This document shows, one piece after another, positions 44,055-56,118 of a stretch of 64,000 nt of DNA. The position numbers and the translations under genes are program-made. Position 1 is the first letter of the stretch. The number at the start of each line of letters is the position of its first letter. The stretch comes from Schizochytrium sp. TIO01 (taxonomy: Eukaryota > Protista > Bigyra: Labyrinthulomycetes), in NCBI GenBank assembly GCA_004764695.1, contig SMSO01000032.1, positions 6,480,483-6,544,482 of the forward strand, read 5' to 3'. The notes beneath the pieces are model-generated. The model ran no database searches and was not told where the DNA came from. It was given only the letters and a program-made list of their open reading frames with translations.

Positions 44055-46186
44055 GTCGTCGTCGCCTGAAGGCATTGCTGCTGACCTGTGGCTCTCATCC
44101 TGATAAAGAAACAGCGTTCATGATCTCTGATGCTCTGCGCTCGAAAATGGTGCACGATATTACCGTCGTTGAAGCTCGGTTTCGTCATCATATTCTTCAG
44201 GCTTGCACAAATTCGGAGTATAAAACCAGCCTGGAGCGCGCTCGATAGGAACTTACATACTCTCCAGGAGTTTACTTTTGCTAGTACCTACATACTTCAC
44301 TGGTAAGCAGCGAAGGTGCTATATATCTCGCGGAGGCAAAAGCTTGAAAGCGGAAAACCAAATCAGCTTGCTTGAGGGATGATCGATCAGATATCTATGT
44401 CACCCAGGCATGGTAGGCATGCAGGATTGTTTGCACGATTTTAGAAACAGCTAACCATCGCACATGCGGCTGCTTTGAAAACCTGCAGGTAAAAATGAAC
44501 TGCGTTATGAATACAATACGGAACCTCTTTTTCTGGTGGTATGCAACAAATTGTTGACAGGACTCGTCCTACTAGGCACTTGGAAAAAGTAAGAATGAAA
44601 AAGATATTTGCGCTTCTAGATCAGCATCGCGATGCTAGAAAACCTTATGCAAGTGCGACAACTATAGTTGTAGAGCTTCAACTCAACGTGTATGTACTTT
44701 GGGACAGAGTCATCAAAACGAAACTTGGCAATGTGCAATGATGATACTAATAGATGGGCCATCCATCAATAATCAACAAACGCCATAGTGATCCCCCCCC
44801 CCCCCCGCCCCCCTCCCACAGCCCAGGTAAAAACTCGCCAACTGGGGGCCCGCAGCTCTTAGGTGTAGTAGTGCGTTCTTTCCATACTACAGAAGAGCAG
44901 TCCCTAGGAGCCTACTAGCTAACGAGCTAGTAACTATAGAACGTACAGGAATGCCAGATAATAGAACACATACGGTTTATCTCAAATTAAATATTTGGGC
45001 GACACCAAATTCTTTTCGATATGCACCTGGTTGTGCAATTTCCACACGTTTTCCTTCAATGATCGTAATGCCACGAAGGCACCTTGCGACGATTGCTTCA
45101 ATGTCATCGTTTTCAATTTTTTCCGTGTAACTTCTGGCGTGGGAATCATCTAAAGATTTCGAAGATGTAACGGTTTTTCTTAAGAAAATTATCGATGACC
45201 TGTGCTTATCAATCGTTTCTTACTTGCGGATTGCATTCTATATTCTAATAATACATCCTTGACCTCTCAAAGGTAATGCCGAACACCAGTGAATAACCGA
45301 CACTTGGGTGGAGTTGTCCTGCCCACGCACTTCAATTATTCTCAGTTCGCACTCTATTTTCTTGAACGCAACAAGTTACCATTTTATTTTGATATAGGCC
45401 GTGCTGAGAAACGGATCATCTGTCACGAACCCTGCGTCAGCCGTGGTTTACGACCTACTTCCATGCCTTTATTAAAAAAACTTTAAAAAACTAGTATGTT
45501 GGGTTTCTACAGAAGGATGAGGAGAACACTGAAAAAGTTTTTGAATACGCTAAGCATTCTCTTTATAGGATGGTGATTTCTTTTTTCTGGCAGGGCTAAT
45601 TTTAGACGCCAAGCGCTCAGATTACTCTCTAGTTTTAAGAAAACTATGTATTGAGTTTGTTCAAATTTCAGACCCAGGTATTGCTATTGACCCAAACAAA
45701 GGGATGCTTTGTGTAAAACGTAAGTGTCGTGTCAAAAAATAAGTGTTGATCTAGCACTAGTCGACAAATTTTGTGTATGATGCTATCTTGATATGGTATA
45801 GATCTCATACTGCTCGCTTTGAATCAATTAATTACAGCTCCAGAATATGGGACAATCATAGGATTCGTAGCATTGGATATCAATAAATTATCATAAACAC
45901 ATCAAGAAAGCAAACGCAAATCTGAGATATGGAAACCTATTGCACATGTAAGATTGCAGAATGAAAAGCAGGGTTAACAGGGGACTCAAATTCCATAACT
46001 TCATAGAAGAAAACATATTGATTACGAACAAAATAGAAAGAAAAAAGTAGAGAAAAAGAATGAAAACAGTTTTCTAAAACTGTTATTAAGCGTGCCAATA
46101 CCGCTCTCGCTCCTTTTTACGTTATGAAATGGTGTTGTAGTGGTCATGTGAGGGAAAGAATCTTTGTTCTTGTGACCCAAATGTAC

Positions 46187-48037
46187 TTATGAATATGAGC
46201 CCGAGTCGACACCGTGTCGCCTCCATTGGCGGTACAGCGTTTCGCCGGCACCACGCGTCTCAGCATTTTCCTTACGGAACATGTGATCAGCGCGCTGTTG
46301 ACCACAGTTCTTGCAAGTACCAAATTCTGCACTCAAATCAAGTTCAAACTGGCGGCATGCTCTGGGCTTGGTTTTATTTGTCCTAATCAGTGCAGAAAGC
46401 TTGCGCTCTCGTTTTTTAGGCGCAGGCTTCGCTGGTGCAGGCTCACTTGAAAAGGGGCTTTTCGCTGGAGTACCATTTGTTTTCGATTTGTTACGCCGCA
46501 CAGTAAAGCCGCGACGAGGTAGAAAGCTTGGTTTCGGCATTGGAGCACTAGATTTTACTTTGAGCTCATCAAATCGGGGATCAACTTCACTTGATGATGT
46601 TGACCCAGAACCCCTGACATCCTCCCTGGACATTTGCTTTTGTTGGGCCATTGGAGCTTTGGGGGGGGACTGAGATTGATTCAGGCGAGTGCGGTTTTTC
46701 ATGAGACTGTCAGCAACATAGTCTCCGTTAAATTTGCCTTTCGGAGTCGAAGAGCCGCCTTGACCCATAAGGACAGAAGAACTCTGCTCTTGCTGTGCGA
46801 GTCGACTCTTTCGATCACTGCCACTAGACTTGCTGCTGCTGCTGCTGTCAGGCTTTACAAGCCGGCGATCACGCTTCTTGGAACGGTGCTTGGAGCGGAA
46901 GTTCATCGTATTCAGGTTGCAGCCGTACCGTTTGTACAAGGCAATATTGACAGCCAACATACCATCCTCTTTAAACACCAGCATCATGTCAGAGGCGTCG
47001 GCTTCGGGGTATTCGGATTCGACCTGCTTGAAAAAGGCCTGCAATTGCTCCTCCATCTCGCTCAGTTCATCAGCTACAGGACCTGATACAGGTTCGTTGC
47101 TTTCAGGGCTATTGTCTGCCTTACGCGAGCGAGCGTTCTTATGCATGTCGGCATCATCGTCATCACTCCACATCACTTTCTCATCCTCTTCTTCGTCCTC
47201 ACTGTCCTCTATGTCACTTACTGGGTACATGGACTGACCGATGCTACTGCTCTTTCCAGCGCTAGATTTGGTGGCTTGCTGCACAGCTCCACGAAAGGAA
47301 CGCTTACGGGGAGGTGCCTTGGGCGGAGTACGGGCTGGTAGTGAAGGCGGACCAGAGCGTTTCTTGCGCCCCTTGAGGTCCACGCTGAACCGCTCGAGAA
47401 GCTTGTCATTCAACAAATCCATAGAACCTTCGTCTTCATCCAAAGTCCATCGTACCATACCATCAATATCTACTTTGGAGGGAGTATCTGCTCCAAATTG
47501 AACAAAAAAGTCGTATAGTTCTCCATACAACTTAAAGTATTCAGGAATATCGTCTTCTGAGGTCATCGCTGTATCATGACCATCGCTACTCAGGGTTGAG
47601 GTTTCAGCGGATGCATCGTTGTCAAATGCTACGCGACGGCCCCACTGAGTCATTGCGGGTGGTTTATCTTGAGTAAGCGACGATTTTCCTGAGCGATGTT
47701 GAAGCATTACATGGCCATTTTGCTGACGCTCAAAAAACTCCCTAGCCATCTCGTGCGCCATGCTCTGGTTGGCATCCGGGGGAGGCAGATCGGCAAAGCC
47801 ATCTGGATCGGGAGGGAGACCGAAAAAGTCGTCAGGTAAAGTTGAGCCAACCTCAGAAGGAGGAGGTGGAATTGATTTGGTCCAGAAGGAACTTTCAGAT
47901 GAGTGAGAGCTCTGAGGTCTTTGCGTTGGAGGTGGTGCCTGCTTTAAAGGCTCCTTTCGCGTATGCAGCGGCGGCGATGTCGATGATGCCGCAGACGACT
48001 TTGGCAGCGACCTTCGGCGGCTTTGACGTGCGCCCAT
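46187..48037 (-). CDS. Hypothetical 616-aa protein: predicted N-myristoylation, two internal helical repeats, C-terminal Cys/His motif
   Basis: Long ORF with coding-like composition. Starts MGARQS (MGxxxS) followed by basic residues. Two L..FF...D...M...G...N..L..R(F/Y)..(D/N)L repeats. C-terminal CRQF..(9)..CKNC.....DH. Confidence 0.8.
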   Translation of the reverse strand: MGARQSRRRSLPKSSAASSTSPPLHTRKEPLKQAPPPTQRPQSSHSSESSFWTKSIPPPPSEVGSTLPDDFFGLPPDPDGFADLPPPDANQSMAHEMAREFFERQQNGHVMLQHRSGKSSLTQDKPPAMTQWGRRVAFDNDASAETSTLSSDGHDTAMTSEDDIPEYFKLYGELYDFFVQFGADTPSKVDIDGMVRWTLDEDEGSMDLLNDKLLERFSVDLKGRKKRSGPPSLPARTPPKAPPRKRSFRGAVQQATKSSAGKSSSIGQSMYPVSDIEDSEDEEEDEKVMWSDDDDADMHKNARSRKADNSPESNEPVSGPVADELSEMEEQLQAFFKQVESEYPEADASDMMLVFKEDGMLAVNIALYKRYGCNLNTMNFRSKHRSKKRDRRLVKPDSSSSSKSSGSDRKSRLAQQEQSSSVLMGQGGSSTPKGKFNGDYVADSLMKNRTRLNQSQSPPKAPMAQQKQMSREDVRGSGSTSSSEVDPRFDELKVKSSAPMPKPSFLPRRGFTVRRNKSKTNGTPAKSPFSSEPAPAKPAPKKRERKLSALIRTNKTKPRACRQFELDLSAEFGTCKNCGQQRADHMFRKENAETRGAGETLYRQWRRHGVDSGSYS

Positions 48038-51023
48038 CGTCTAGCACGTTTCTGTTTTCGGAGTTGCTGTTTCTTTTGCTTCTCTCGCTCCTGTTGCTTC
48101 TGGAGAGTGTACCAAATTGATGATGTGAAGACCCGTGAGCGATGCAAATTGATTTGCTTGAGTTGGTTTGTAGCCCTCCGCTGAGTACCAACACCTCAGG
48201 CTTGTTGGCTACCTAGCCAATGCAGCTATACACGTCTGTAATCCCAACTTGTTAGCCCTCTCCAAAGATGGCCAACCAGACAAGCTGCACGTGCTGCACT
48301 GCACGTGCTGCAATTAAAGGGATCTGCTGTCTCTTACTTGCCCTATAGCAACTTTCCACTCGTGTCTGCTTCTTTCAAGTTGCGAGCAGACTTCGCGCGC
48401 GGCAATATGAATCTGGATGTACGGGCGTCGAGCAGGCTCGTACCAGTTCTTGCTTACCTAGTAAAGAATTCCTAATAGATACTAAGAAAACTCAGACCAT
48501 AGGAGTCGCACTTCTTGAATGTGATTATGGGCCTGCAAACCAACTGAAACTGGAGATGTATCGAATTGTAAAGTGCGCTTGCGTCACTAATTATCAACTC
48601 ACTTCATGATGACCATAGTCAACTAGCAGTTCCTTAGTGCCAATTCCATGTCATAAAGTAAATAATGGCACTAGGTAGTTCTCAGCGTCCGTCGCCCGCA
48701 CTCATACTCCAGGCCCGCAGGAAGGCAACCAAGACTGTGAAGCAACATCTTGAATAAGAAGGCAGCTTTGCCAGTTCCGCGCCTTGTGGCTTAAAGGACG
48801 GTCTGGGAAGCAAGCAGCCTGCTGCGGTCGGAGCTCCCGTGTTTCTAGGGGCCGCTTGCAATGTGCCGGCCCCAGCTTCTCAAGCCTTTCTTTGGCGCAG
48901 TCCAAGCAGGCGATCCGCATCCAAGCCCACCACCCACCCACGCCGTTACAGCTACCTCAGCACGGGCCCGGCTTTCTCAACTTGGGCACCGTCGCACCTT
49001 CTTGCACATCATGGACTCCGCTTGACACCTCAAGCAGACAATCAACAGCCAGCAAACCTTGACAGCGTGCAATGGCATCAATAGCTCACCGCGCCCATAT
49101 CTAGCCTTTTCCATAGAACTCCACTACCATTCCGTCCACCTTTTCTCCTGTGCTCTCGGCGTTTCTTTCTCCCTGGAGCCTTTAAATAAATGGAACAGAA
49201 CAAAGCACACATTAAGAGTTGGCTATATGAGGTTAGTGCGGGTGCCCTGCAAGTGCGCACGTGAAGGTGTGGGGCATGTCTATGAACACCTTCGCTCACC
49301 TTCGCCCTGCACGCGCGCGAGATTTTGCTCATGGATTTAGAAAGAGATGATGTTCAAGGAGATGATAGGTTGACTTGGCTAATGTATTGGGTGGGTTTAG
49401 GTTTGGAGGACGAGGGAAATGAGGCTTGTAACGACATGCATGTAGCATGGGGGAGAACAGAATATAGGGCTTGTGGAAAAGACATCGTGCAGGAAAGAAG
49501 GCAATTGCGAGGTTCTAATATTAGAGCACGCGGCAAAGGTTGAAACGACAGACGCTCATGCACTTTTGGGCCTTCAGCTAAGAATGAGATGGAAGAAAAG
49601 AGTATCTGTCGGGAAACGACGCACAAATTGAGGAAGGGGAGAGCTGCCATCTTCCTTCCCTTCAAGTTGGGGGAATGTTTGCTGGTGGTAATCAGATACC
49701 TAGGTAGTCATCATCTCAAACACGTGATAAGTATTTGAGAACAGAAAAAGATGCTGGTACGGCGGGCAAATAGATGAGCAGAAAAATAAGCTATGCTATC
49801 CTAAAACCAATCGACACCTAGTAATGAATATTACGATCAATAACTGCAGGAGAAGTCCGATTAGTTTCGCCGCTTCCATCACGTCTACAGAACTCGGTCC
49901 TGACGAATCAAGTTGTTAGTACACACTCAACAAACTATTTACAGAATCAGTGGACTCAACGAACATCATACGTACTACTTGCAGTTCTCTTCTTCAGTCG
50001 TGTGCTTAAGGAACTGCTTCTTCTCTATCGCCAGCCAGTCCTTTAGTAGGCACTTCCACACGACCAGGTAAACGAAGGCGTCACGTCTGGCTTGCACTCG
50101 ACTCGCTTGCTGCGGCCGGCCGCTTGGAAAGAGGGAGCTGCAGATAAACAAGCACCACCGGAGATCTTTCTCTACCAATGAAAACTTGCGCGAAGGTCTC
50201 TTCTTGAAGTGGGCGGGAACAAAATGTGGGAATTTTCATTTGTAATGCGAAGCATCGGGGCAATGCCTCGGCGTGAAGAAGGTAGGACCCTTCTATTAGC
50301 ACCTTTGAATTCATTCATTTTCTCCTTTCTTGCGAGAGCTTTTCCAGTCAAGAAATACATATTGGATAGACGGAGCCTGGATAACATGGCCAACAAAAGA
50401 CATTCTTTCGAGTTCATGAGTACCTTGCACGTTGTGTGAGTAGTGGAAGATTTAAAAAACCAATGATTGGTTGTCTACATTCCCAACATCCGTTTTTGGT
50501 CCTTGGAAGAAAGCACAGCAAAAAAATTGAGTTCATTTTAGCCAGCGCACACCTCGTCTTGATAAGGTCTTTGAAAGGAAGGTTAGTAGTAATCACTCCT
50601 GGCAATTTCACGTTTATTAAAAAGATGCGAACAAATAATTTGTCAGATGCGCTACCTAGGATCACATTTTGAAAGGAATTAATACTTATCAATCATAGTA
50701 GTAGCATCTATATTATATTATATTATATTATAAGGATTTGTATACAAAGTAGCAAAAAATGAGTCCAGCTACAGAAAAGAAATAGTGGGCGAGTCAATAA
50801 TTCACACTACAGTGAGTGGAAGTGAGAAGAAAATGCAAAGACCATAAATACGACCCTTCACCATGCAGGGGTGTACCCAATTCACATCAACCACACGCAC
50901 TCCTGAGCAGGTAGGATCTGGCTCCTCAAGAGGGATGAAAGAGTGCATGCACATGGTAAAAGGAATTGATATCCTTACCAGGAGCAAACACGGGGTTGAC
51001 GTTGAAGAATACCAACACTATCT

Positions 51024-53792
51024 TTAAACCTCAACATCAAAAGTGTTGAACATTTGCTCCCAAAGTTTAGAAAGACGCTTACGTGCAGATTCTGATGACA
51101 TGCGAAGACCAAGTTGCTCAGCAAGACTTCCCAGAGCTTCAACACTTTTAATGTTGACCCCTGCTGCAACTGCTTTACGAACAATTTTTTTCAATTCTGC
51201 CCATTGTCCTTCGCGGCCTCCCGATTTATTTTCTTCGGTGAAAGAGGTGCCTACAACCTTATCAAATGGGTAGCATTCTGTAAGAAATGGGTGAAGAAGA
51301 GCCTCACTCGCTGTAATTCGATGCTGCGGATCCTTTTGTAGGCACTTGGACACTAAATCACATAGACCTTCGCTAAATTTGCCTTTTGACAAGCAGGGTG
51401 GGTCTTGCTCGCTAATGGCCTGAACAAGGCCCCAATAACCTTGCTCATCATACTCTGTTTGAAATGGGTAGCTACCGACAGCACAGACTAAAGCTGACAA
51501 CCCCACTGACCATAAATCAGCAGGATAAGAATAACCCTCGTCATCACCTGTAATACGTTCTGGAGCCATATAAGAAAGAGATCCAACAAAGGTGTTTGCC
51601 GCAGATAAAGAGCCAAAGGAGTGTGCAATTCCAAAATCACTCAGCTTTACCATCCCTGAACGGTGAGAAATAAGCATGTTTGCAGGTTTAATGTCTCGAT
51701 GGAGCTGGCGCAGTCCGTGAAGGTGGCGCAGTCCACGAAGAACACAATGAAGCATGCATGCAATTTCACGTTCCTCCAAAGGTCCATGGGCACTGAGGCG
51801 ATCCTCAACAGAGCCACCACCCATCCACTCTAGTACCAAATTAATCGTTGATTCATCTCGATCAACAAAGGCATTGTGCATTCCCAGAATATAAGGACAC
51901 GTTCGGGGAAATGTAGCATCTGAAGAAGCCAAAGGAACAAGATGGTTCCTATAGAGAGCTTTAATCTCAGACACAGTTTGGGCACGTTTATTATCGTCAA
52001 ACACAGGAACCACCTTGACTGCAACAAGTCGCAAAGTATACCGATGCAGAGCCTTGTAGACTACTCCGCTGGCGCCTTTACCTACCCGATTAAGAAGAAC
52101 AAGCGCATCACCCTGGATCGGATCACCTTCAACGGCATCCAAACCATGTTTGTTGGCCGTATTTGACGCTGCTAGCACGCGTAGGCTACTTGCATGGGAA
52201 GGTCGGGGGCGAGAAACATGTTCACCAGGACTCAACGGAGACTTTTTTTCGTCACTTTGGGTTTTGCTTTCAACGGATGCCAAGCTACTCTGAGAAGTTG
52301 GTGATTCAAAACGAGGGGTCTTGTACAAAGGCGAGGACAACGAATGCGTGGCATTGCTATCCAAGCCAGATTCGTGAAATGAATCTACATCTGGGGTCGG
52401 AGATACGCCACTAGCACGAACAAGAAACCCAGGTACATGCAACGTACCTGAGCTACTGAGTTCGTAATAAATACTGTCAGAGCGGCTAGTTGAACGTCCC
52501 CCTCGGCTGCTGCTGCTACAGCGGCTACTACTGCCTCTTCTACTACGCTCAAAGCCAGTATTCTTAGGTGAAAATAAAACCCGTTGTTGCTCAAACCCAC
52601 CCCCTGGACTGCTAGCATAAGAACGGGCTCCGTGTGGAGAGTTCGCAGTAAACAAACCAGGCAATTCTTGATTGACATCCTCATCTACGAAGATTTTATC
52701 ATTTTCTTTCTCTTTGCTGTCAACTTCATCATTATCTGCATTTGTGAAATCTTCATCCAATCTTAGCTCTTCGCAGAAGCGACTACGCCGCAAACTTGTC
52801 GGGGAGAGTTGTGGCATCTTCGCAGTGGATGAAGACGAAGCTTCAAGGTTGCAATTGTCCTGATATACAGTTTGTGGCCAGCGCGGAGGCGGGGTGTAAA
52901 ATGCGCTTGTTTGCGAAAGACGGCCATTCCAGTTTTCATCGTCCTGACCCTCGTTATTATCTCCATCCTCCTCCTCTTCTTCAATGTCAATACCCAGATT
53001 CAGCATTGGCGTGTTTTGCCCAAACATATTTCTCCGTTTTTCGCTCAAGGACCTATTGTTACCTTTTGAAGAGGAAGAAGAGCTATAGCCCAGGGTGACT
53101 GCGTCGTCTGCAGATTTGAAGCGCGATTGTGATGAAGTAATATTTCGCACTGGTGTTTGCCACATTGGGGGTGGGGGAGGAGACATTCCACCATCGCTAG
53201 TTTCTCTGAAAAGTTGTTGTGATTGTGTTTCCGTATCTTGTTTCATAACATTTTCATATTGGGCTCGGAAAGATGAAGTATCTCGTGAATGTTGTTGCTG
53301 CTGATGCCATGATTGGGGTTGGGATGTAGATCTTCTATAGGACTCGTCTTCGCTTTCAAATTTGGACTCAGTCGCAGCCCGATGGCTCTGTGGTGATCTC
53401 GTCTTAGTAATTGCAAAGCCACGACCATTGTGCGGGCCACTTAAAACATGGCGAGGCTCTGTCGGCGACGGGAGGAGTTTTGGCACAAATTCGTCGGTCA
53501 TCCTCATATCTGAACTTCTGGGTGCATTTGCAATACCTACCCTTGCCAATGCCAATAGCATGTCTTGATCAGACACGCCGTCTTCTTGCTCTCCGGAAGG
53601 AAAATTCTTTAAAGTACTCTGTTCCTTTTGGTGGTGCTTTTTCGTTGCATGTGACTTTGAAGAGGTTACTGGCTTAGTTTCGTTTGATGATTTTTTTGAC
53701 GATGAGACAGGTGTTTGAGGCTGTGTCTTTGATTCTTCCCGTGTGCTTGGCCTTTTTCGCCGCCTCGAGAACAGCCTACGAGCCTCCTGCAT
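51024..53792 (-). CDS. MAP kinase kinase (STE7/MEK family) with ~560-aa disordered N-terminus
   Basis: Kinase domain at ~51280-52100: GKGASGVV, VAVK, EIKAL, HRDIKPAN, KLSDFG, activation loop SLSAANTFVGSLSYMAPERI, DLWSVG. The ANTFVG..YM.PERI segment is typical of MAP2Ks. Confidence 0.9.
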   Translation of the reverse strand: MQEARRLFSRRRKRPSTREESKTQPQTPVSSSKKSSNETKPVTSSKSHATKKHHQKEQSTLKNFPSGEQEDGVSDQDMLLALARVGIANAPRSSDMRMTDEFVPKLLPSPTEPRHVLSGPHNGRGFAITKTRSPQSHRAATESKFESEDESYRRSTSQPQSWHQQQQHSRDTSSFRAQYENVMKQDTETQSQQLFRETSDGGMSPPPPPMWQTPVRNITSSQSRFKSADDAVTLGYSSSSSSKGNNRSLSEKRRNMFGQNTPMLNLGIDIEEEEEDGDNNEGQDDENWNGRLSQTSAFYTPPPRWPQTVYQDNCNLEASSSSTAKMPQLSPTSLRRSRFCEELRLDEDFTNADNDEVDSKEKENDKIFVDEDVNQELPGLFTANSPHGARSYASSPGGGFEQQRVLFSPKNTGFERSRRGSSSRCSSSSRGGRSTSRSDSIYYELSSSGTLHVPGFLVRASGVSPTPDVDSFHESGLDSNATHSLSSPLYKTPRFESPTSQSSLASVESKTQSDEKKSPLSPGEHVSRPRPSHASSLRVLAASNTANKHGLDAVEGDPIQGDALVLLNRVGKGASGVVYKALHRYTLRLVAVKVVPVFDDNKRAQTVSEIKALYRNHLVPLASSDATFPRTCPYILGMHNAFVDRDESTINLVLEWMGGGSVEDRLSAHGPLEEREIACMLHCVLRGLRHLHGLRQLHRDIKPANMLISHRSGMVKLSDFGIAHSFGSLSAANTFVGSLSYMAPERITGDDEGYSYPADLWSVGLSALVCAVGSYPFQTEYDEQGYWGLVQAISEQDPPCLSKGKFSEGLCDLVSKCLQKDPQHRITASEALLHPFLTECYPFDKVVGTSFTEENKSGGREGQWAELKKIVRKAVAAGVNIKSVEALGSLAEQLGLRMSSESARKRLSKLWEQMFNTFDVEV

Positions 53793-55924
53793 TGTCAGCC
53801 GCTCCTGTGGCTTCTCTATGTCTACTCAAGGTTTGATTTTCGTAATTTCACAGCGTAATAGGCCTCACCACGTCTCCGAATCGCAGAGCGTCAAACTCTG
53901 TTAAAAACTGCAAATTTCGGCCCTCAACACGTCAAAGCCCAATAATTATTCGCGACAAACTGCAAATGGGCAGCAAAGAATGCTAGAAAGTACGAGTATA
54001 TCTAGATATTTTACACTCTTCAAACCCCTTGGAACCAGCGTAAAGATGTGCGAAACCACAATGTATGTGTATGTAGAAAAGTATAGAATATGTAAATATA
54101 TAGAGACAGTCGTTCCCGTGCTGCTTTCGTCGCTTTTCCTTGGGTAGTTTTTCCGTTGCTGCAATCTGGTGACTAGATACGGTTTATATTAATCCAGTAG
54201 AGCTGTCACTGCAGCAGTCCTCCGCTCCTTCTCCTCCAAAGCGGTGGCGCTTTGTCGCGAGGGACGCCGTGGGGCTGGCTGGATGGCGTACCTGGCGTCG
54301 GCAGAACGTAGAGAATTTAATTTAGTACCGGCAGCGGGCCAAAAGAGTTTTAACGACAGCAGCGAACCCGAAGCTGAGCTCAGCCCAGAGAGCCCGGGTC
54401 CCTGCTCCTCCGGTCCTGACGCGGTCGGTGCGCGGGCCGCCCGTGCGAGCAGCTCCGGACTTGGCCTTTTAGGAAAGAGGGAGTGCGAGAGCTGATTGTT
54501 TCCGAATATTTAATATTTAGCACAATCAATCAATCAATCAATAAAGAAATTATTCACATATAAACTGTATACAAACAAAGCACTTTAGTTCGTTCTTTTG
54601 TTCAGAAATGAAACATTTTCGTTCTCACTCGCGGTAGGAGGTCTTAGCGCGGCGCTAAGAAGGCTCGAATTGGGAAAGAGAAGAAAAGGAGAAGAAAACT
54701 ACTAGCAGTGTCTAGCAGTAGACTAGAGTAGCAGCAGCTCTGGAGAAGGAAAGAAAAGTTGTTGCGCACTCTATTTACTAAATAGTCGCACAAAGTACTC
54801 GAAGTTACCCAACCTTAATCACATAAGCTACTCCGTAAGCCTCTCTAGAGAGATCGTTTGAAGGTTTTAAGGGAAAGCATATATCGCTGAGGCTCTTTGT
54901 GCATTGCTTGGAATGACGTGACGAGGAGAGGTAAAGTGTAAATCAAAAGGGCGTATGAATGCAAGTGATGGGTACTTGGACAATAGATGCACGCACAAGA
55001 GCGATGAATGACGCAAAGAAATCGAACGGCTCAAGTCTTTGCAAGTAATCCTAGCAGCGCAACGCCGTTTTCAGGAGGCATGATCCTCTTGTGATTGTGT
55101 AATTCGAAGCTGAAGCTGGTGGTGAAATATGGTGAAGACTTGGAACGCAGCAGCGAAAGTGTTCTCAGAGTGTTAACACTCAAAGCTTGCGTTGGATAAC
55201 TTGAGGTAAATCGTTGTCTTAGTTGTCGTGACGAAGGGAGTTTACTGAGACTTCGCTATTCGAAGTAATGTAATAAAACATGACGCCTAAGGTACATGTC
55301 TTCTCGATCTTCGTGGCGAGGACGAAGAAATGATCTAACTTGGTGTGAAGATATGCCACTACTGTACAGGAAGCAAGAGACGATAAGATGACAACCAGCG
55401 GAGGATCTCAGTTTTCTTTTCTACATCACAAGAAGAATTAACGCACTCATGAAATGCTGCGAACGAAGAGGATAAAAATAAACAACCAAATCATCTCCTC
55501 ATCTAAGCCGTTTACCGTGTTCATAGTCAAGCCCTCTTTCTTCGTCTTCTAGCCACATTTCGCAATCCCCTTCTTTCATTCTGTCCGGAGCTACACATCT
55601 TCTTCACTCAACCCCATCCATCCAAATGAAAGAAGATCTCCTATCCCAATCCAATTTTTCAAGCATGCCTAAGCCCAGCCCTCACATTCAAATGTCTGTC
55701 TTCATTCAACCCTTTTGCCAGTCTGCCATCGTCCACGCAACTCATCAGTTTGCGCGCTCCTTAAGGGGACCTCGATTCACGTCAACTGCCTCTAGCTAGA
55801 GGTAAGCGACCAAGCGCTGCCAATCAACAGACCTATTTAGCGGTCTATAATAGGCCATTAGATAGCCCCCTTTCGCTGACCGTCGGCCCTGCCAATGCTA
55901 GAAGAGAGAGAAAGCGTGGTATTA

Positions 55925-55960
<36 letters not shown>
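55925..55960. repeat. (AG)n microsatellite upstream of mL54
   Basis: Direct read. Confidence 0.85.
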
Positions 55961-55961
<1 letters not shown>

Positions 55962-56118
55962 AAGAAGAGCGCTTATAATAATAGAGACAACCACTTGGAA
56001 AAGGCAAAAGCCATCGAAATTGCGAAACAGCAGTCAATTCGTAAAAGACAGACCAAGGCAGCGAGTTCGCTTGTGCAGCTGTACGCTCGTGAACCCCCAA
56101 ACCTCCTCCCCTGTGACG

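Noticed and set aside
44977-45219. 80-codon ATG-less open frame on the minus strand (…EKIENDDIEAIVARCLRGITIIEGKRVEIAQPG…)
   Set aside because: No start codon, no recognisable family and no convincing partner exon. The length is attainable by chance; worth only a tblastn.
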